Shown here: positions 1 to 9,380 of the stretch, one piece after another | Numbering within the stretch: position 1 is the first letter of the stretch | Layout: every line of letters starts with the position of its first letter | Assembly: GCA_014860355.1 (NCBI GenBank) | Contig: JACZJV010000062.1 | Location: 759-64,758 of the forward strand | DNA length: 64,000 nucleotides | Source: Burkholderiales bacterium | GTDB taxonomy: Bacteria; Pseudomonadota; Gammaproteobacteria; Burkholderiales; SG8-39 | Direction of reading: 5' to 3' | Notes under the pieces: model-generated | The model's database searches: none | The model's input: the letters and a program-made list of their open reading frames with translations, nothing else | Told to the model about the DNA's origin: nothing | Program-made: the position numbers and the translations under genes

Positions 1-1
1 G

Positions 2-286
2 GAAGCGTTCGACGACAGCGAACAGCTGCGCGACCTCAACACGCCGGAGAATGTGCTGATGAGCAAACAGATCGCACAATCCGTGAACCAAAGCATGGAT
101 CGGCTGCCTGAAGAACTGAAGGCGGCGATAATGCTGCGCGAGATCGAAGGCATGAGCTACGAAGATATCGCGAAGATAATGGATTGCCCGATCGGCACGG
201 TGCGCTCCCGCATATTCCGTGCACGCGAAGCGATCGCGGAACAGCTGCGGCCGCTGCTGGATATATCCAAAGAAAAGAGATGGTGA
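2..286 (+). CDS. rpoE: ECF sigma factor sigma-E (RpoE), C-terminal part; 5' end cut by window edge
   Basis: Frame is open from nt 2. ...LREIEGMSYEDIAKIMDCPIGTVRSRIFRAREAI is the region-4 HTH of sigma-E. It is followed by rseA-rseB-degP as in the canonical operon. Confidence 0.9.
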   Translation, partial: EAFDDSEQLRDLNTPENVLMSKQIAQSVNQSMDRLPEELKAAIMLREIEGMSYEDIAKIMDCPIGTVRSRIFRAREAIAEQLRPLLDISKEKRW

Positions 287-290
287 TGCC

Positions 291-788
291 ATGAAAGAGA
301 CTTTGTCCGCGTGGATCGACGACGAGTTGAGCGACCAACAGGCCGGCCAGCTTCCAGCGCAACTCAAGCGCGATGGTGAGCTGCGCCGCAGCTGGGACTG
401 CTACCACCTGATCGGAGACAGCCTGCGCGGCATCCAGGGTCCGGACTTGTGCGCGCAGATTCGCGCCCGGCTCGATGCCGAGCCCACGGTGCTGGCGCCG
501 CAGCGCCGCAGCAAGCCTGAAAAGCTGCGCTGGGCCGCCTTGTCGATGGCGGCGAGCGTGGCCGCAGTGGCTTTCGTCGGCTGGATGGCTCTTCCCGGCA
601 CACAGCAGGATTCCTTGCGGCTTGCTTCGGCTCCGGCGCGCGAGGTCCGGCTGGTCGCAACGGCGGCGGGCGAGGGGGCCAAGGACTACCTGCTTGCACA
701 CCAGCGCTATTCGCCGAGCAGCGCCATGCAGGGCGTCGCCCCCTATGTGCGCACCGTGGCCGCAAGCCGGGCAAGCACGCGTCGATGA
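291..788 (+). CDS. rseA: anti-sigma-E factor, RseA-like
   Basis: ATG lies 4 nt after the rpoE stop. MKETLSAWIDDELS...RSWDCYHLIGDSLRG resembles the RseA N-terminal anti-sigma domain. There is a single central TM helix (AALSMAASVAAVAFVGWMAL). The stop overlaps the rseB start (ATGA). Confidence 0.75.
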   Translation: MKETLSAWIDDELSDQQAGQLPAQLKRDGELRRSWDCYHLIGDSLRGIQGPDLCAQIRARLDAEPTVLAPQRRSKPEKLRWAALSMAASVAAVAFVGWMALPGTQQDSLRLASAPAREVRLVATAAGEGAKDYLLAHQRYSPSSAMQGVAPYVRTVAASRASTRR

Positions 789-1741
789 GATTCCTGGCGG
801 TGCTGTTGCTCGCGCTGCTGGCACAGGCAGTGCGGGCGGAAGAACCTGCGCTGTCGTGGCTGCAGCGCATGCATGTAGCAACGCAAACGCTCAGCTACAC
901 GGGAACATTCGTCTACCGCAGCGGCGAGCAGTCCGAAACGTCGCGCATCGTGCACGTGGTGGGCCGGAACGGAATACGCGAACGGCTGGAGACGCTGGAC
1001 GGCTATCCGCGCGAAATCGTGCGCGACGGCGACGAAGTGAAGTGCTACCTGCCGGACCGCATGACGGTAAAAGTCGACAAGCAGACGGATCACAAGATCT
1101 TTCCGGGATTGTTGCCGGAAAACCTGCAGGACATCAGCGCGCATTACGACCTCAGTACAGGCGCGGTCGAGCGCGTCGCAGGCTACGATTCCCGGGCTAT
1201 AATGCTGCAGCCGAGAGACAAGCTGCGATACGGCCGCAAATTATGGGCCGACATGAAAACCGGTATGCTGCTCAAATCCCAGACTTTCAACGAGGAGAAC
1301 GAACCGATCGAGCAGTTCGCTTTCACCGAGATCAGCATCGGCGGCAAGATCGACGACGAACAACTCAAACCCCGGCTCCTGGCCAGGGCGCGTGTCTGGC
1401 ATATAGAGAATTCGGCTGCCGTGGCGGCCAAGCTCTCGGTATCCGGCTGGAGCATAAAAGCGGAGCTTCCGGGATTCAAGAAAGTGACCGAGATGAAGCG
1501 CACCCAGGGCGGATCGGCCAAAGTCGGGCACGTGATCTACTCCGACGGGCTTGCCGCCATATCGGTGTTCATCGAGCCTATGTCCAACAAGACCTCGCTG
1601 CCGCCACCCGGGCTTTCGCGCCAGGGCGCGATCAACATCTACAGCCGGCAGGTCGCGGGTCATCTGGTAACCGTGGTCGGTGAGACACCTGCCGACAGCG
1701 TAAGGACGCTGGCCGAATCGGTGGAGTTCCGCACGCCGTGA
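785..1741 (+). CDS. rseB: sigma-E regulatory protein RseB/MucB
   Basis: 318 aa with a signal peptide (LLLALLAQAVRA). The LSWLQRM...LSYTGTFVYRSG N-terminus is typical of the MucB/RseB family. Operon position fits. Confidence 0.85.
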   Translation: MRFLAVLLLALLAQAVRAEEPALSWLQRMHVATQTLSYTGTFVYRSGEQSETSRIVHVVGRNGIRERLETLDGYPREIVRDGDEVKCYLPDRMTVKVDKQTDHKIFPGLLPENLQDISAHYDLSTGAVERVAGYDSRAIMLQPRDKLRYGRKLWADMKTGMLLKSQTFNEENEPIEQFAFTEISIGGKIDDEQLKPRLLARARVWHIENSAAVAAKLSVSGWSIKAELPGFKKVTEMKRTQGGSAKVGHVIYSDGLAAISVFIEPMSNKTSLPPPGLSRQGAINIYSRQVAGHLVTVVGETPADSVRTLAESVEFRTP

Positions 1742-1821
1742 TGAATTGCGCGCGGCCGCCGCAGGCCTGTGCCGGAAAAAATCCGTAATACTCCGCGAAA
1801 CGCAAATTAAGGGACGTAACG

Positions 1822-3234
1822 ATGCGAAAAATATTGAGTCTATGGCTGCTGGTGCTGCTTCCGCTAGGTGCCTATGGCCAGGTGCGCGAATTGCCGGATT
1901 TCACCGAACTGGTGGAACAACAGGGTCCGGCAGTGGTCAACATCAGCACCGCGCAGAACCAGCGCGCACATCCGCAGATCCCGCAGATGCCGAATCTGGA
2001 AGAGGACGATCCGTTCTTCGAGTTCTTTCGCCGCTTCATGCCGCAGAATCCCGGCCAGGCGCCGCGCGAGTTTTCTACCCGCTCGCTGGGTTCGGGATTC
2101 ATCATCAGCGCGGACGGCTACATTCTCACCAACGCCCACGTAGTCGACGGCGCCGATGAAATCACGGTGCGCCTCATCGACAAGCGCGAATTCAAGGCCA
2201 AGGTCATCGGCGCGGACAAGCGCACCGACGTGGCCCTGATCAGGATCGACGCGAGCGGACTGCCGGTGGTCAAGCTGGGCGATCCGAACAAGCTCAAAGT
2301 CGGAGAATGGGTGCTCGCGATCGGTTCGCCCTTCGGTTTCGACAACACCGTTACCGCCGGCATAGTCAGCGGCAAGGCGCGCTCGCTGCCGCAGGAAAAC
2401 CTGGTGCCTTTCATCCAGACGGACGCAGCCGTAAACCCCGGAAATTCAGGCGGCCCCCTGTTCAACCTGCGCGGCGAGGTTGTCGGCATCAATTCGCAGA
2501 TCTACAGCCGGACCGGTGGCTACATGGGACTGTCGTTCGCCATCCCCATCGACATCGCGCTGGATGTGCAGAGCCAGCTGCGCAGCACCGGGCGCGTCAG
2601 CCGCGGCCGCATCGGCGTGGTGATCCAGGAAGTCACCAGGGAACTGGCGGATTCCTTCGGCCTGGCCGTAGCGCATGGCGCCCTGGTCAACGCGGTGGAA
2701 CGCGGCGGCCCGGCGGACAAGGCGGGAGTCGAGGTGAGCGACATCATCATCACTTTCGACGGCAAGAAAGTTGCAAGCTCGAGCGAACTCCCGCGCATAG
2801 TCGGCGCCACCCGCCCGGGCAGCAAGGTGGGCATGCAGGTATGGCGCAAAGGCGAGACCAGGGATCTGACGGTAACCGTAGGGGAGATCCCGACGGACAA
2901 GGTCGCAGGCGGCGAAAGCAAGCGCGCCAAGCCCGTAGAGGCGGTGGCCAACCGGCTGGGGCTGGTCCTGACGGACCTGTCGGCCGATCAGCGCAAGGAA
3001 CTGAAGATCGAGAGCGGCGTGCTGGTGGACGACGTGCGCGGCCAGCCACGCGGCGACCTGCGCAAAGGCGACATCATCCTGGCGCTAATCCACAAGGGCA
3101 CCAATACCGAGGCCAAGAGCGTAGCGCAGTTCAACAAGGCGCTGAACGCCATCGACAAATCGGTCACCATCACCTTGCACGTGCGCCGCGGTGAAAACCA
3201 GAGCTTCATCACCATCAAGGGCGTCAACGAGTGA
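1822..3234 (+). CDS. degP: periplasmic serine endoprotease DegP/MucD (HtrA family)
   Basis: 470 aa with a signal peptide. Trypsin-like triad context: GSGFIISADGYILTNAHVV, TDVALIRI, GNSGGPLFN. Two PDZ-like C-terminal regions. Confidence 0.9.
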   Translation: MRKILSLWLLVLLPLGAYGQVRELPDFTELVEQQGPAVVNISTAQNQRAHPQIPQMPNLEEDDPFFEFFRRFMPQNPGQAPREFSTRSLGSGFIISADGYILTNAHVVDGADEITVRLIDKREFKAKVIGADKRTDVALIRIDASGLPVVKLGDPNKLKVGEWVLAIGSPFGFDNTVTAGIVSGKARSLPQENLVPFIQTDAAVNPGNSGGPLFNLRGEVVGINSQIYSRTGGYMGLSFAIPIDIALDVQSQLRSTGRVSRGRIGVVIQEVTRELADSFGLAVAHGALVNAVERGGPADKAGVEVSDIIITFDGKKVASSSELPRIVGATRPGSKVGMQVWRKGETRDLTVTVGEIPTDKVAGGESKRAKPVEAVANRLGLVLTDLSADQRKELKIESGVLVDDVRGQPRGDLRKGDIILALIHKGTNTEAKSVAQFNKALNAIDKSVTITLHVRRGENQSFITIKGVNE

Positions 3235-3247
3235 CGTTCCGGCAGTG

Positions 3248-3520
3248 ATGCCATCGAGCGGCGTGGACGAGGCGCGTAAGCTGCAGCTCAAGCTCTACGG
3301 CCGAAGCTACTGTCACCTGTGCGACGAGATGCTCGCCGCCCTGGCGCCCTTGCGCGAGGAGTTTGGCTTCACCATTGAGCTCGTCGACGTAGACGCCGAT
3401 GCGGCCCTGGAGCAGCGCTTCGGCATCCTCGTGCCCGTGTTGATGCACGCGGACACCGAACTGTGTCACTATCATCTGGACGCCGCCATAGTCCGGGCCT
3501 ACCTGGCCAAGCTGAGCTGA
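3248..3520 (+). CDS. glutaredoxin-like small protein (DUF836-type thioredoxin fold)
   Basis: LKLYGRSYCHLCDEM carries a CxxC motif in thioredoxin-fold context. The ORF is open from 3191. I chose ATG 3248, downstream of the degP stop. Confidence 0.6.
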   Translation: MPSSGVDEARKLQLKLYGRSYCHLCDEMLAALAPLREEFGFTIELVDVDADAALEQRFGILVPVLMHADTELCHYHLDAAIVRAYLAKLS

Positions 3521-3653
3521 CGATAGTCGAACGCCTGCGATGTGCGCGCCCATGCTTGCGCGCGTGCCCGGGCATTTGCCCGTCGCCTTCCGGCGAGTGT
3601 AGCGTTGCATCCCCAGGGCCCCGTTCTGGACGGCGGCTTATGTAGACGATCAG

Positions 3654-5678
3654 ATGGATCCAAACCCCAGGCACCTGTCCGCGCGGCATGGGTCAGCAAA
3701 CCTGACCCTGAGATCCGACATTCAAAGCCTGCGCGCACTGGCTGTTGCGCTGGTGGTCGCCGCGCATGCGCATGTGCCCGGTCTGTCGGGCGGATATGTT
3801 GGCGTGGACGTGTTTTTTGTGCTCTCCGGCTATTTGATCTCCGGGCTGATCCTGCGCGAGATCGAATCCACCGGGCAATTCGATCCCGGGCGGTTTTATG
3901 CCAAACGCCTCAAACGCCTGCTTCCCGCAATGCTCCTGGTATATGTATGCACGGCAATCGTGGCGCGGTTCGTCGTCAGCCCGCAACAACAGGCAAGCGA
4001 TTCCGCGGCAGGGCAGGCCGCCATGGTTTGGCTGAGCAACTTTTACTTTTCATCGCTCACGATCGATTATTTTTCGACTGGCGAGAACGGTAATCTATTC
4101 ATCCATACCTGGTCGCTCGCCGTCGAGGAGCAGTTCTATCTCATCTGGCCCTGGCTGCTCATGTTCTTGTACGGGTACTGGAAGTGGCAAGGGGTGCCGG
4201 CAAATCATGCCTCAACCGATCACAGGCGCCTGGCATATGGCTTGGGAATCGTGGCGGCTATTTCGCTGCTGCTATGCGCTTACCTGGCATATCGCCACGT
4301 CGAGGACGGGTTCTACCTGATGCCCGGCCGGGTCTGGGAATTCGCCCTTGGTGCCTTGTCGTTTCTGCTGAGACGCGCAGCCGAGGAGGGTCGTGCCGCG
4401 TGGCTGGAGCGCTTGCGCGGGCGATCCTTGTTGAACGCTGTGGGCTGGCTGTCCATCCTGCTGGCAGCGGTGGCCTATGGCGATGCGCTGCGCTACCCGG
4501 GGTTTTGGGCACTGCTACCATGCATGGGCGCCGTGCTGGTATTGCTCGACGCACCCCAGAAATCGCCTGAAAGCCGCGTATCGCGCCTGATGCTGCGCGC
4601 CTCGCCGCTGCAGTTCATCGGCAATGTTTCCTATGGCCTTTACCTGTGGCATTGGCCGGTTTTGATCCTCGGGGCGCAACTGTTCGGAAGCGGGGCGCTG
4701 ACTAACCTCGGTTTGGTAAGCTTGTGCGTGGGCCTGGCCGCCGCGACCTATTTTGCGGCCGAAAACCCCATCCATCGCGCGCCCTTGCGCAACGTTGCCA
4801 AGGTTCTGATCCTGTCGGTATCGGGCATGGCCCTGGGATTCCTGGTCATGTGGACATGGCAAAGAGAGGCAGCAGCTCAGTTGAAAATGCCCGAACTGGC
4901 GAAAATTCAGGCGGCAAAATTCGACCTTCCGAATGTCTATTCCCTGGATTGCGATACCTGGCATCACAGCGCGGAGCTTTCTGCCTGCGCTTACGGGCCG
5001 GAAAATGCCAGCCACACGGCCATAATGTTCGGTGACAGCGTGCTGGTGCAATGGTTTCCCGCAATCTCCGACATCTACCTGCGCAAACCGGGCTGGCGGC
5101 TGATCGTGCTGACAAAATCAGCTTGCCCGGCCTCGCAGGTGAGTTTCTACTATGAGCGGATCAAGGCCACCTATGAAGTATGCGATCTCTGGCGCCAGCG
5201 CGCGCTGGGCTACATAGAGCAATTGCGCCCGGAGGTGCTCATCATGGGCTCAAACGATTATGGTTTCAGCGCCGATCAATGGATCACGGGAACACGGGCG
5301 GTGCTGGACCGCTTGAGTCCGGCGACTCACACCGTGTTTATCATGAGTCCGACTCCGACCCTGGGCTTCGACGGCCCGAACTGCCTTTCGACGGAGGCCA
5401 ACCTGCCGCATTGGTCTCCTCGATACGGTCGTTGCGAGACCAGGCTCAAATCACCGGCCGGTCAATCCATACTCCGGATACTGAGCCGGGCGGCATCACC
5501 TTACCAGAACGTGCATGTAATCGACCTGAGCGATTCAGTGTGCCCGGACGGACTGTGCAAAGCCCGCTTCCAGGCAGGAATACGCTTTCGCGATGGAAAA
5601 CACCTGACCGCGTCCTTTGTTCGGTCCATGGCGCCAGCGCTTGAGCGTGCCTTGGGGCTCGCCGGCGAGCCGCGGTAG
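3654..5678 (+). CDS. membrane O-acyltransferase, acyltransferase-3 domain fused to SGNH-like domain (OafA/YrhL type)
   Basis: 674 aa. The N-terminal multi-TM region carries LRALAVALVVAAHA...GYVGVDVFFVLSGYLIS, the acyltransferase-3 signature. The C-terminal ~280 aa are soluble and contain IMFGDSV (SGNH block I-like). A/T-ending codons are visibly more frequent than in neighbouring genes. Confidence 0.8.
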   Translation: MDPNPRHLSARHGSANLTLRSDIQSLRALAVALVVAAHAHVPGLSGGYVGVDVFFVLSGYLISGLILREIESTGQFDPGRFYAKRLKRLLPAMLLVYVCTAIVARFVVSPQQQASDSAAGQAAMVWLSNFYFSSLTIDYFSTGENGNLFIHTWSLAVEEQFYLIWPWLLMFLYGYWKWQGVPANHASTDHRRLAYGLGIVAAISLLLCAYLAYRHVEDGFYLMPGRVWEFALGALSFLLRRAAEEGRAAWLERLRGRSLLNAVGWLSILLAAVAYGDALRYPGFWALLPCMGAVLVLLDAPQKSPESRVSRLMLRASPLQFIGNVSYGLYLWHWPVLILGAQLFGSGALTNLGLVSLCVGLAAATYFAAENPIHRAPLRNVAKVLILSVSGMALGFLVMWTWQREAAAQLKMPELAKIQAAKFDLPNVYSLDCDTWHHSAELSACAYGPENASHTAIMFGDSVLVQWFPAISDIYLRKPGWRLIVLTKSACPASQVSFYYERIKATYEVCDLWRQRALGYIEQLRPEVLIMGSNDYGFSADQWITGTRAVLDRLSPATHTVFIMSPTPTLGFDGPNCLSTEANLPHWSPRYGRCETRLKSPAGQSILRILSRAASPYQNVHVIDLSDSVCPDGLCKARFQAGIRFRDGKHLTASFVRSMAPALERALGLAGEPR

Positions 5679-5714
5679 ACCAGGGACCGGCGGGCGGCGG
5701 CCGCCAGTCCAAGC

Positions 5715-5888
5715 GGACAGCGGAGACTCGCCGGGTGAAAACCGGCTTTGCACGCCGCGCAGTCGAAAGCGATGGCGGCAGTGTTTCCCGCCGGACGGGG
5801 TCGCCTCAAGGTATAATCGGGCACCGTCCGTGAGTTTGTATGCCTTCGCGCTTTTCCCGGCCTGCGCCACTTCGATTCTCGTGAGCAT
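5715..5888 (-). pseudogene. N-terminal stub of a P4-type tyrosine integrase (arm-binding/DUF4102-like region only)
   Basis: AAGGAGG sits 8 nt upstream of the ATG. MLTRIEVAQAGKSAKAYKLTDGARLYLEATPSGGKHCRHRFRLRG resembles the integrase N-terminal pattern K.YKL.DG.GLYL.V.P.G.K.WR.RYR..GK. No catalytic domain follows. The similarity ends where the acyltransferase gene ends (5678). Confidence 0.55.
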
Positions 5889-6092
5889 GGGTACTCCCTC
5901 CTTAGGAATTCGGCAGTGACGAATGGTGGACAGCCTTGCGTTTCGCATGGTTGGCGGCAGGATGCGGACAGGTTTTTTTGGCCTGGTTGCGTCACGCCCG
6001 CGATTTGCTGCGATTGCGTGTTGCGCCTTGGTGCGAACGGTGAAAGACTTTTTTATCAAAAAAGCGTGTCAGGTATAGCGATACAAATCTAG

Positions 6093-7880
6093 ATGCAGCA
6101 CATCCGCAATTTTTCCATTATCGCCCACATCGATCACGGCAAATCGACGCTGGCCGATCGCTTCATCCAGTTGTGCGGCGGTTTGTCGGACCGCGAAATG
6201 GAGGCGCAGGTGCTCGATTCCATGGACCTGGAGCGCGAGCGCGGCATCACCATCAAGGCGCAGACGGCGGCGCTGCAGTATAAGGCGCGCGATGGGCAGA
6301 TCTATAACCTCAATCTGATCGATACCCCGGGGCACGTCGATTTTTCCTACGAAGTGTCGCGCTCGCTCGCCGCCTGCGAGGGTGCGGTGCTCGTGGTCGA
6401 CGCCTCGCAGGGCGTGGAAGCGCAGACCGTGGCCAATTGCTATACCGCGATCGAGCAGGGCGTCGAAGTGGTGCCGGTGTTGAACAAGATCGACCTGCCT
6501 TCGGCTGATCCGGAGGGCGCGATAGGCGAGATCGAGGACGTGATCGGCATCGACGCCAAGGATGCGCTGCGCGTCAGCGCCAAGACCGGCGAGGGCGTGC
6601 AGGACATACTCGAAGCGGTGATCGCGCGCATACCGGCGCCCAAGGGCGACCCCGATGCGCCGCTGAAGGCGCTCATCATCGATTCCTGGTTCGACAACTA
6701 CGTCGGCGTGGTCATGCTGGTGCGGATGATGGACGGCACGCTGCGCCCGAAGGACAAGATCCTGCTCATGTCCGCCGGCACCTCGCACCTGTGCGAGCAG
6801 GTTGGCGTGTTCACCCCCAAGTCGCAGGCGCGCAAACAGCTGCTCGCGGGCGAGGTGGGCTTCATCATCTCCGGCATCAAGGAGTTGCAGGCAGCCAAGG
6901 TGGGTGACACCGTCACCCTGCTGGAGCGCCCCGCGAGCGCGCCGCTGCCCGGCTTCAAGGTGATCAAGCCGCAGGTCTTCGCCGGCCTGTATCCGGTCGA
7001 GGCGAACCAGTACGACGACCTGCGCGATGCGCTGAACAAGCTGAAACTCAACGACGCCTCGCTGCAATACGAGCCGGAGGTGTCGCAGGCGCTCGGCTTC
7101 GGCTTTCGCTGCGGCTTTCTCGGCCTGCTGCATATGGACATCGTGCAGGAGCGGCTGGAGCGCGAGTACGACCAGAATCTGATCACGACCGCGCCGACGG
7201 TCGTGTACGAGGTGCAGATGCGCGACGGCACGCTGGAGCGGGTGGAGAATCCTGCCAAGATGCCGGACCTGTCACGGATCGAGGAGATACGCGAACCCAT
7301 CATTACCTCGACGATCTTCGTGCCGCAGGAACACGTCGGCGCGATCATGACGCTGTGCACGCAGAAACGCGGAGTGCAGAAGAACATGCAATACACCGGG
7401 CGGCACGTGATGCTGACCTACGAGCTGCCGCTCTCCGAAGTGGTGATGGATTTCTTCGACAAGCTCAAGTCGGCCAGCCGCGGCTACGCCTCGCTCGATT
7501 ACGAATTCAAGGAGTACCGCGCCGCCGACGTGGTGAAGCTGGATATCCTCATCAACGGCGATCGCGTGGACGCACTGTCGCTGATGGTGCATCGGGACAA
7601 CAGTCGTTACCGCGGGCGCGAGTTGGTATCGCGCATGCGCAAGCTGATCCCGCGGCAGATGTTCGACGTTGCGGTGCAAGCGGCGATCGGCGCCAACATC
7701 ATTGCGCGCGAGAACGTTTCGGCGCTGCGCAAGAACGTGCTGGCAAAATGCTACGGTGGCGACATCACGCGCAAGAAGAAACTGCTGGAGAAGCAAAAAG
7801 CCGGCAAGAAACGCATGAAACAGGTGGGCAACGTGGAAATCCCGCAGGAGGCCTTTCTTGCCATTTTGCAGGTGGATTAG
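6093..7880 (+). CDS. lepA: translation elongation factor 4 (LepA)
   Basis: 595 aa. GTPase motifs: [27 protein letters not shown]. LepA-specific C-terminal domain ending ...[15 protein letters not shown]. Confidence 0.97.
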   Translation: MQHIRNFSIIAHIDHGKSTLADRFIQLCGGLSDREMEAQVLDSMDLERERGITIKAQTAALQYKARDGQIYNLNLIDTPGHVDFSYEVSRSLAACEGAVLVVDASQGVEAQTVANCYTAIEQGVEVVPVLNKIDLPSADPEGAIGEIEDVIGIDAKDALRVSAKTGEGVQDILEAVIARIPAPKGDPDAPLKALIIDSWFDNYVGVVMLVRMMDGTLRPKDKILLMSAGTSHLCEQVGVFTPKSQARKQLLAGEVGFIISGIKELQAAKVGDTVTLLERPASAPLPGFKVIKPQVFAGLYPVEANQYDDLRDALNKLKLNDASLQYEPEVSQALGFGFRCGFLGLLHMDIVQERLEREYDQNLITTAPTVVYEVQMRDGTLERVENPAKMPDLSRIEEIREPIITSTIFVPQEHVGAIMTLCTQKRGVQKNMQYTGRHVMLTYELPLSEVVMDFFDKLKSASRGYASLDYEFKEYRAADVVKLDILINGDRVDALSLMVHRDNSRYRGRELVSRMRKLIPRQMFDVAVQAAIGANIIARENVSALRKNVLAKCYGGDITRKKKLLEKQKAGKKRMKQVGNVEIPQEAFLAILQVD

Positions 7881-8041
7881 TTGTTCATACCGTCGGCCTG
7901 CCAGGAGCGGCCATTGCGCGCTCGCGTGCGCCAACCATGTATTTGGTACGGATGGAAAGCGTATCCATACCAAAAAGTTCATTATGAATATTGGCAATTG
8001 CAGCTTGGGTTTGCTCTTATCCAAGATCGCCGATCGCGTAT

Positions 8042-8123
8042 GGACGGCTTTTCGTCCGTGCGCCATCGGCGATCCGCGCGGACGGGCCGCCGTCCGCGCA
8101 AGTGCGGACAATCTTTCGTCCGC
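8042..8123. repeat. three tandem GC-rich stem-loops sharing a GGAC/GTCC core in the lepA-lepB spacer
   Basis: Read directly from the sequence. GGACG-gctttt-CGTCC (8042-8057). GCGCGGACGG-gccg-CCGTCCGCGC (8076-8099, perfect 10-bp stem). GCGGAC-aatctttc-GTCCGC (8104-8123). Confidence 0.6.
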
Positions 8124-8185
8124 GCAGCATCGTAACTCTGTAACAATGAGCGGCGCGATTTAGGGCGTTACTCGCGGGAATACAT

Positions 8186-8974
8186 ATGAATTTTGCACTG
8201 CTGCTTTTCATTCTTCTGCTCGTCACCGGCATCTTCTCCGCCATGGACGCGGTCTATTTTGCCAAGCGCCGCGCCGCCGGCGAGAGGGAGCCATGGTGGA
8301 TCGAATATCCGAAGAGTTTCTTCCCGGTCATTCTGATCGTATTCCTGCTGCGTTCGTTCCTGGTGGAACCATTCAAGATTCCTTCCGGGTCGATGATTCC
8401 GACTTTGCTGGTGGGTGATTTCATCCTGGTCAACAAATACACCTACGGCATCCGCCTGCCGGTGATCAACAAGAAGGTCATCGACATCGGCGAGCCCCAG
8501 CGCGGCGACGTCATGGTATTCCGCTACCCTGAGGATCCGTCGGTCGACTACATCAAGCGCGTCGTCGGCCTGCCCGGAGACAAGATCGCCTACGAGGGCA
8601 AGCGGCTCTTCATCAACGGCCTGGAAGTACCGCTGCAGGACGCAGGCGATTATCTGCTCAAGGACAAGATCCAGTACCTGAAACAGTACACCGAGACGCT
8701 GGGCAAGATCGAACACCCTATCCTGCTCGACCGGAGCGAACCCAACGCCATGCCCTATGTAAAACAGTTCCCCCACCGGGAAAATTGCATTTACAATAAT
8801 AAGGGGTTGAAGTGCACGGTCCCGCCGGGCAGCTATTTCATGATGGGCGACAATCGCGACAACAGCAGCGACAGCCGGGTATGGGGTTTCGTGCCCGAAG
8901 CAAATATCGTCGGCAAAGCCTTTTTCATCTGGTTCAATTTCAGCGAGCTGAAGCGCTTCGGAAGTTTCAATTGA
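8186..8974 (+). CDS. lepB: signal peptidase I
   Basis: 262 aa with an N-terminal TM segment. Catalytic boxes are SGSMIPTL (Ser) and YIKRVVGLPGD (Lys), plus the GDNRDNSSDSR box. Confidence 0.93.
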   Translation: MNFALLLFILLLVTGIFSAMDAVYFAKRRAAGEREPWWIEYPKSFFPVILIVFLLRSFLVEPFKIPSGSMIPTLLVGDFILVNKYTYGIRLPVINKKVIDIGEPQRGDVMVFRYPEDPSVDYIKRVVGLPGDKIAYEGKRLFINGLEVPLQDAGDYLLKDKIQYLKQYTETLGKIEHPILLDRSEPNAMPYVKQFPHRENCIYNNKGLKCTVPPGSYFMMGDNRDNSSDSRVWGFVPEANIVGKAFFIWFNFSELKRFGSFN

Positions 8975-8988
8975 GGAGCCACGCAACT

Positions 8989-9360
8989 ATGCGCAACAAG
9001 CAACGCGGTGTCAGTTTTCCGGTGATCTTCCTGATCGGCGTCGTGCTCGCGCTGGCTGCAGTGGGTGCGATGAAGGTCTTGCCCGCCTATATGGACTACG
9101 CGACCGCCAGAAAAGCAATCATCGCGATAGCAGCAAGCGAAGGCCGCGCCGGCAGCGTCAGTGAAGTGCGCAAGGCTTTCGAACGCCGCGCCACCGTCGA
9201 CAACATTACGGTCGTGAATGCCGGGGAACTCGATATCAGCAAGGAGGGCGGCGACCTCGTGATCTCCTTCGAGTACGCGCAGAAGATCCCCCTGTTCGCC
9301 AATGTGTCGCTGTTAATCGACTTTTCCGCCAGCACCTCTGGCAAATCGGACACAGAGTAG
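8989..9360 (+). CDS. small membrane-anchored protein, DUF4845-like
   Basis: 123 aa. Its N-terminal hydrophobic segment is [21 protein letters not shown]. Its position between lepB and rnc and its overall sequence match what I recall for the DUF4845 family. Function unknown. Confidence 0.6.
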   Translation: MRNKQRGVSFPVIFLIGVVLALAAVGAMKVLPAYMDYATARKAIIAIAASEGRAGSVSEVRKAFERRATVDNITVVNAGELDISKEGGDLVISFEYAQKIPLFANVSLLIDFSASTSGKSDTE

Positions 9361-9380
9361 CTGCGTTCCATGCCCTGTGC

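Noticed and set aside
1742-1821. Sigma-E-type promoter (GGAACTT-N16-TCAAA) upstream of degP
   Set aside because: Only a loose GGAAAAA element is present and no acceptable -10 lies at the right spacing. degP may simply be co-transcribed with rpoE-rseAB.
5535-6059. Full 174-aa minus-strand ORF as an intact gene
   Set aside because: Only the ~58 codons after the internal ATG at 5888 look integrase-like. The upstream part has no start context, and the downstream part is antisense to the acyltransferase 3' end. I called it a pseudogene stub instead.
6069-7133. 354-aa minus-strand ORF antisense to lepA
   Set aside because: It lies fully inside a gene with unmistakable EF4 motifs on the other strand. 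Its Arg/Ala/Leu/Gly/His-rich composition is typical of GC-rich shadow frames, and I recognise no motif.
7858-8244. Small ORFs (101, 84 and 75 aa) in the lepA-lepB spacer
   Set aside because: They are Arg/Cys/Ser-rich, lack an RBS, and are built across the hairpin repeats. They are more likely non-coding.
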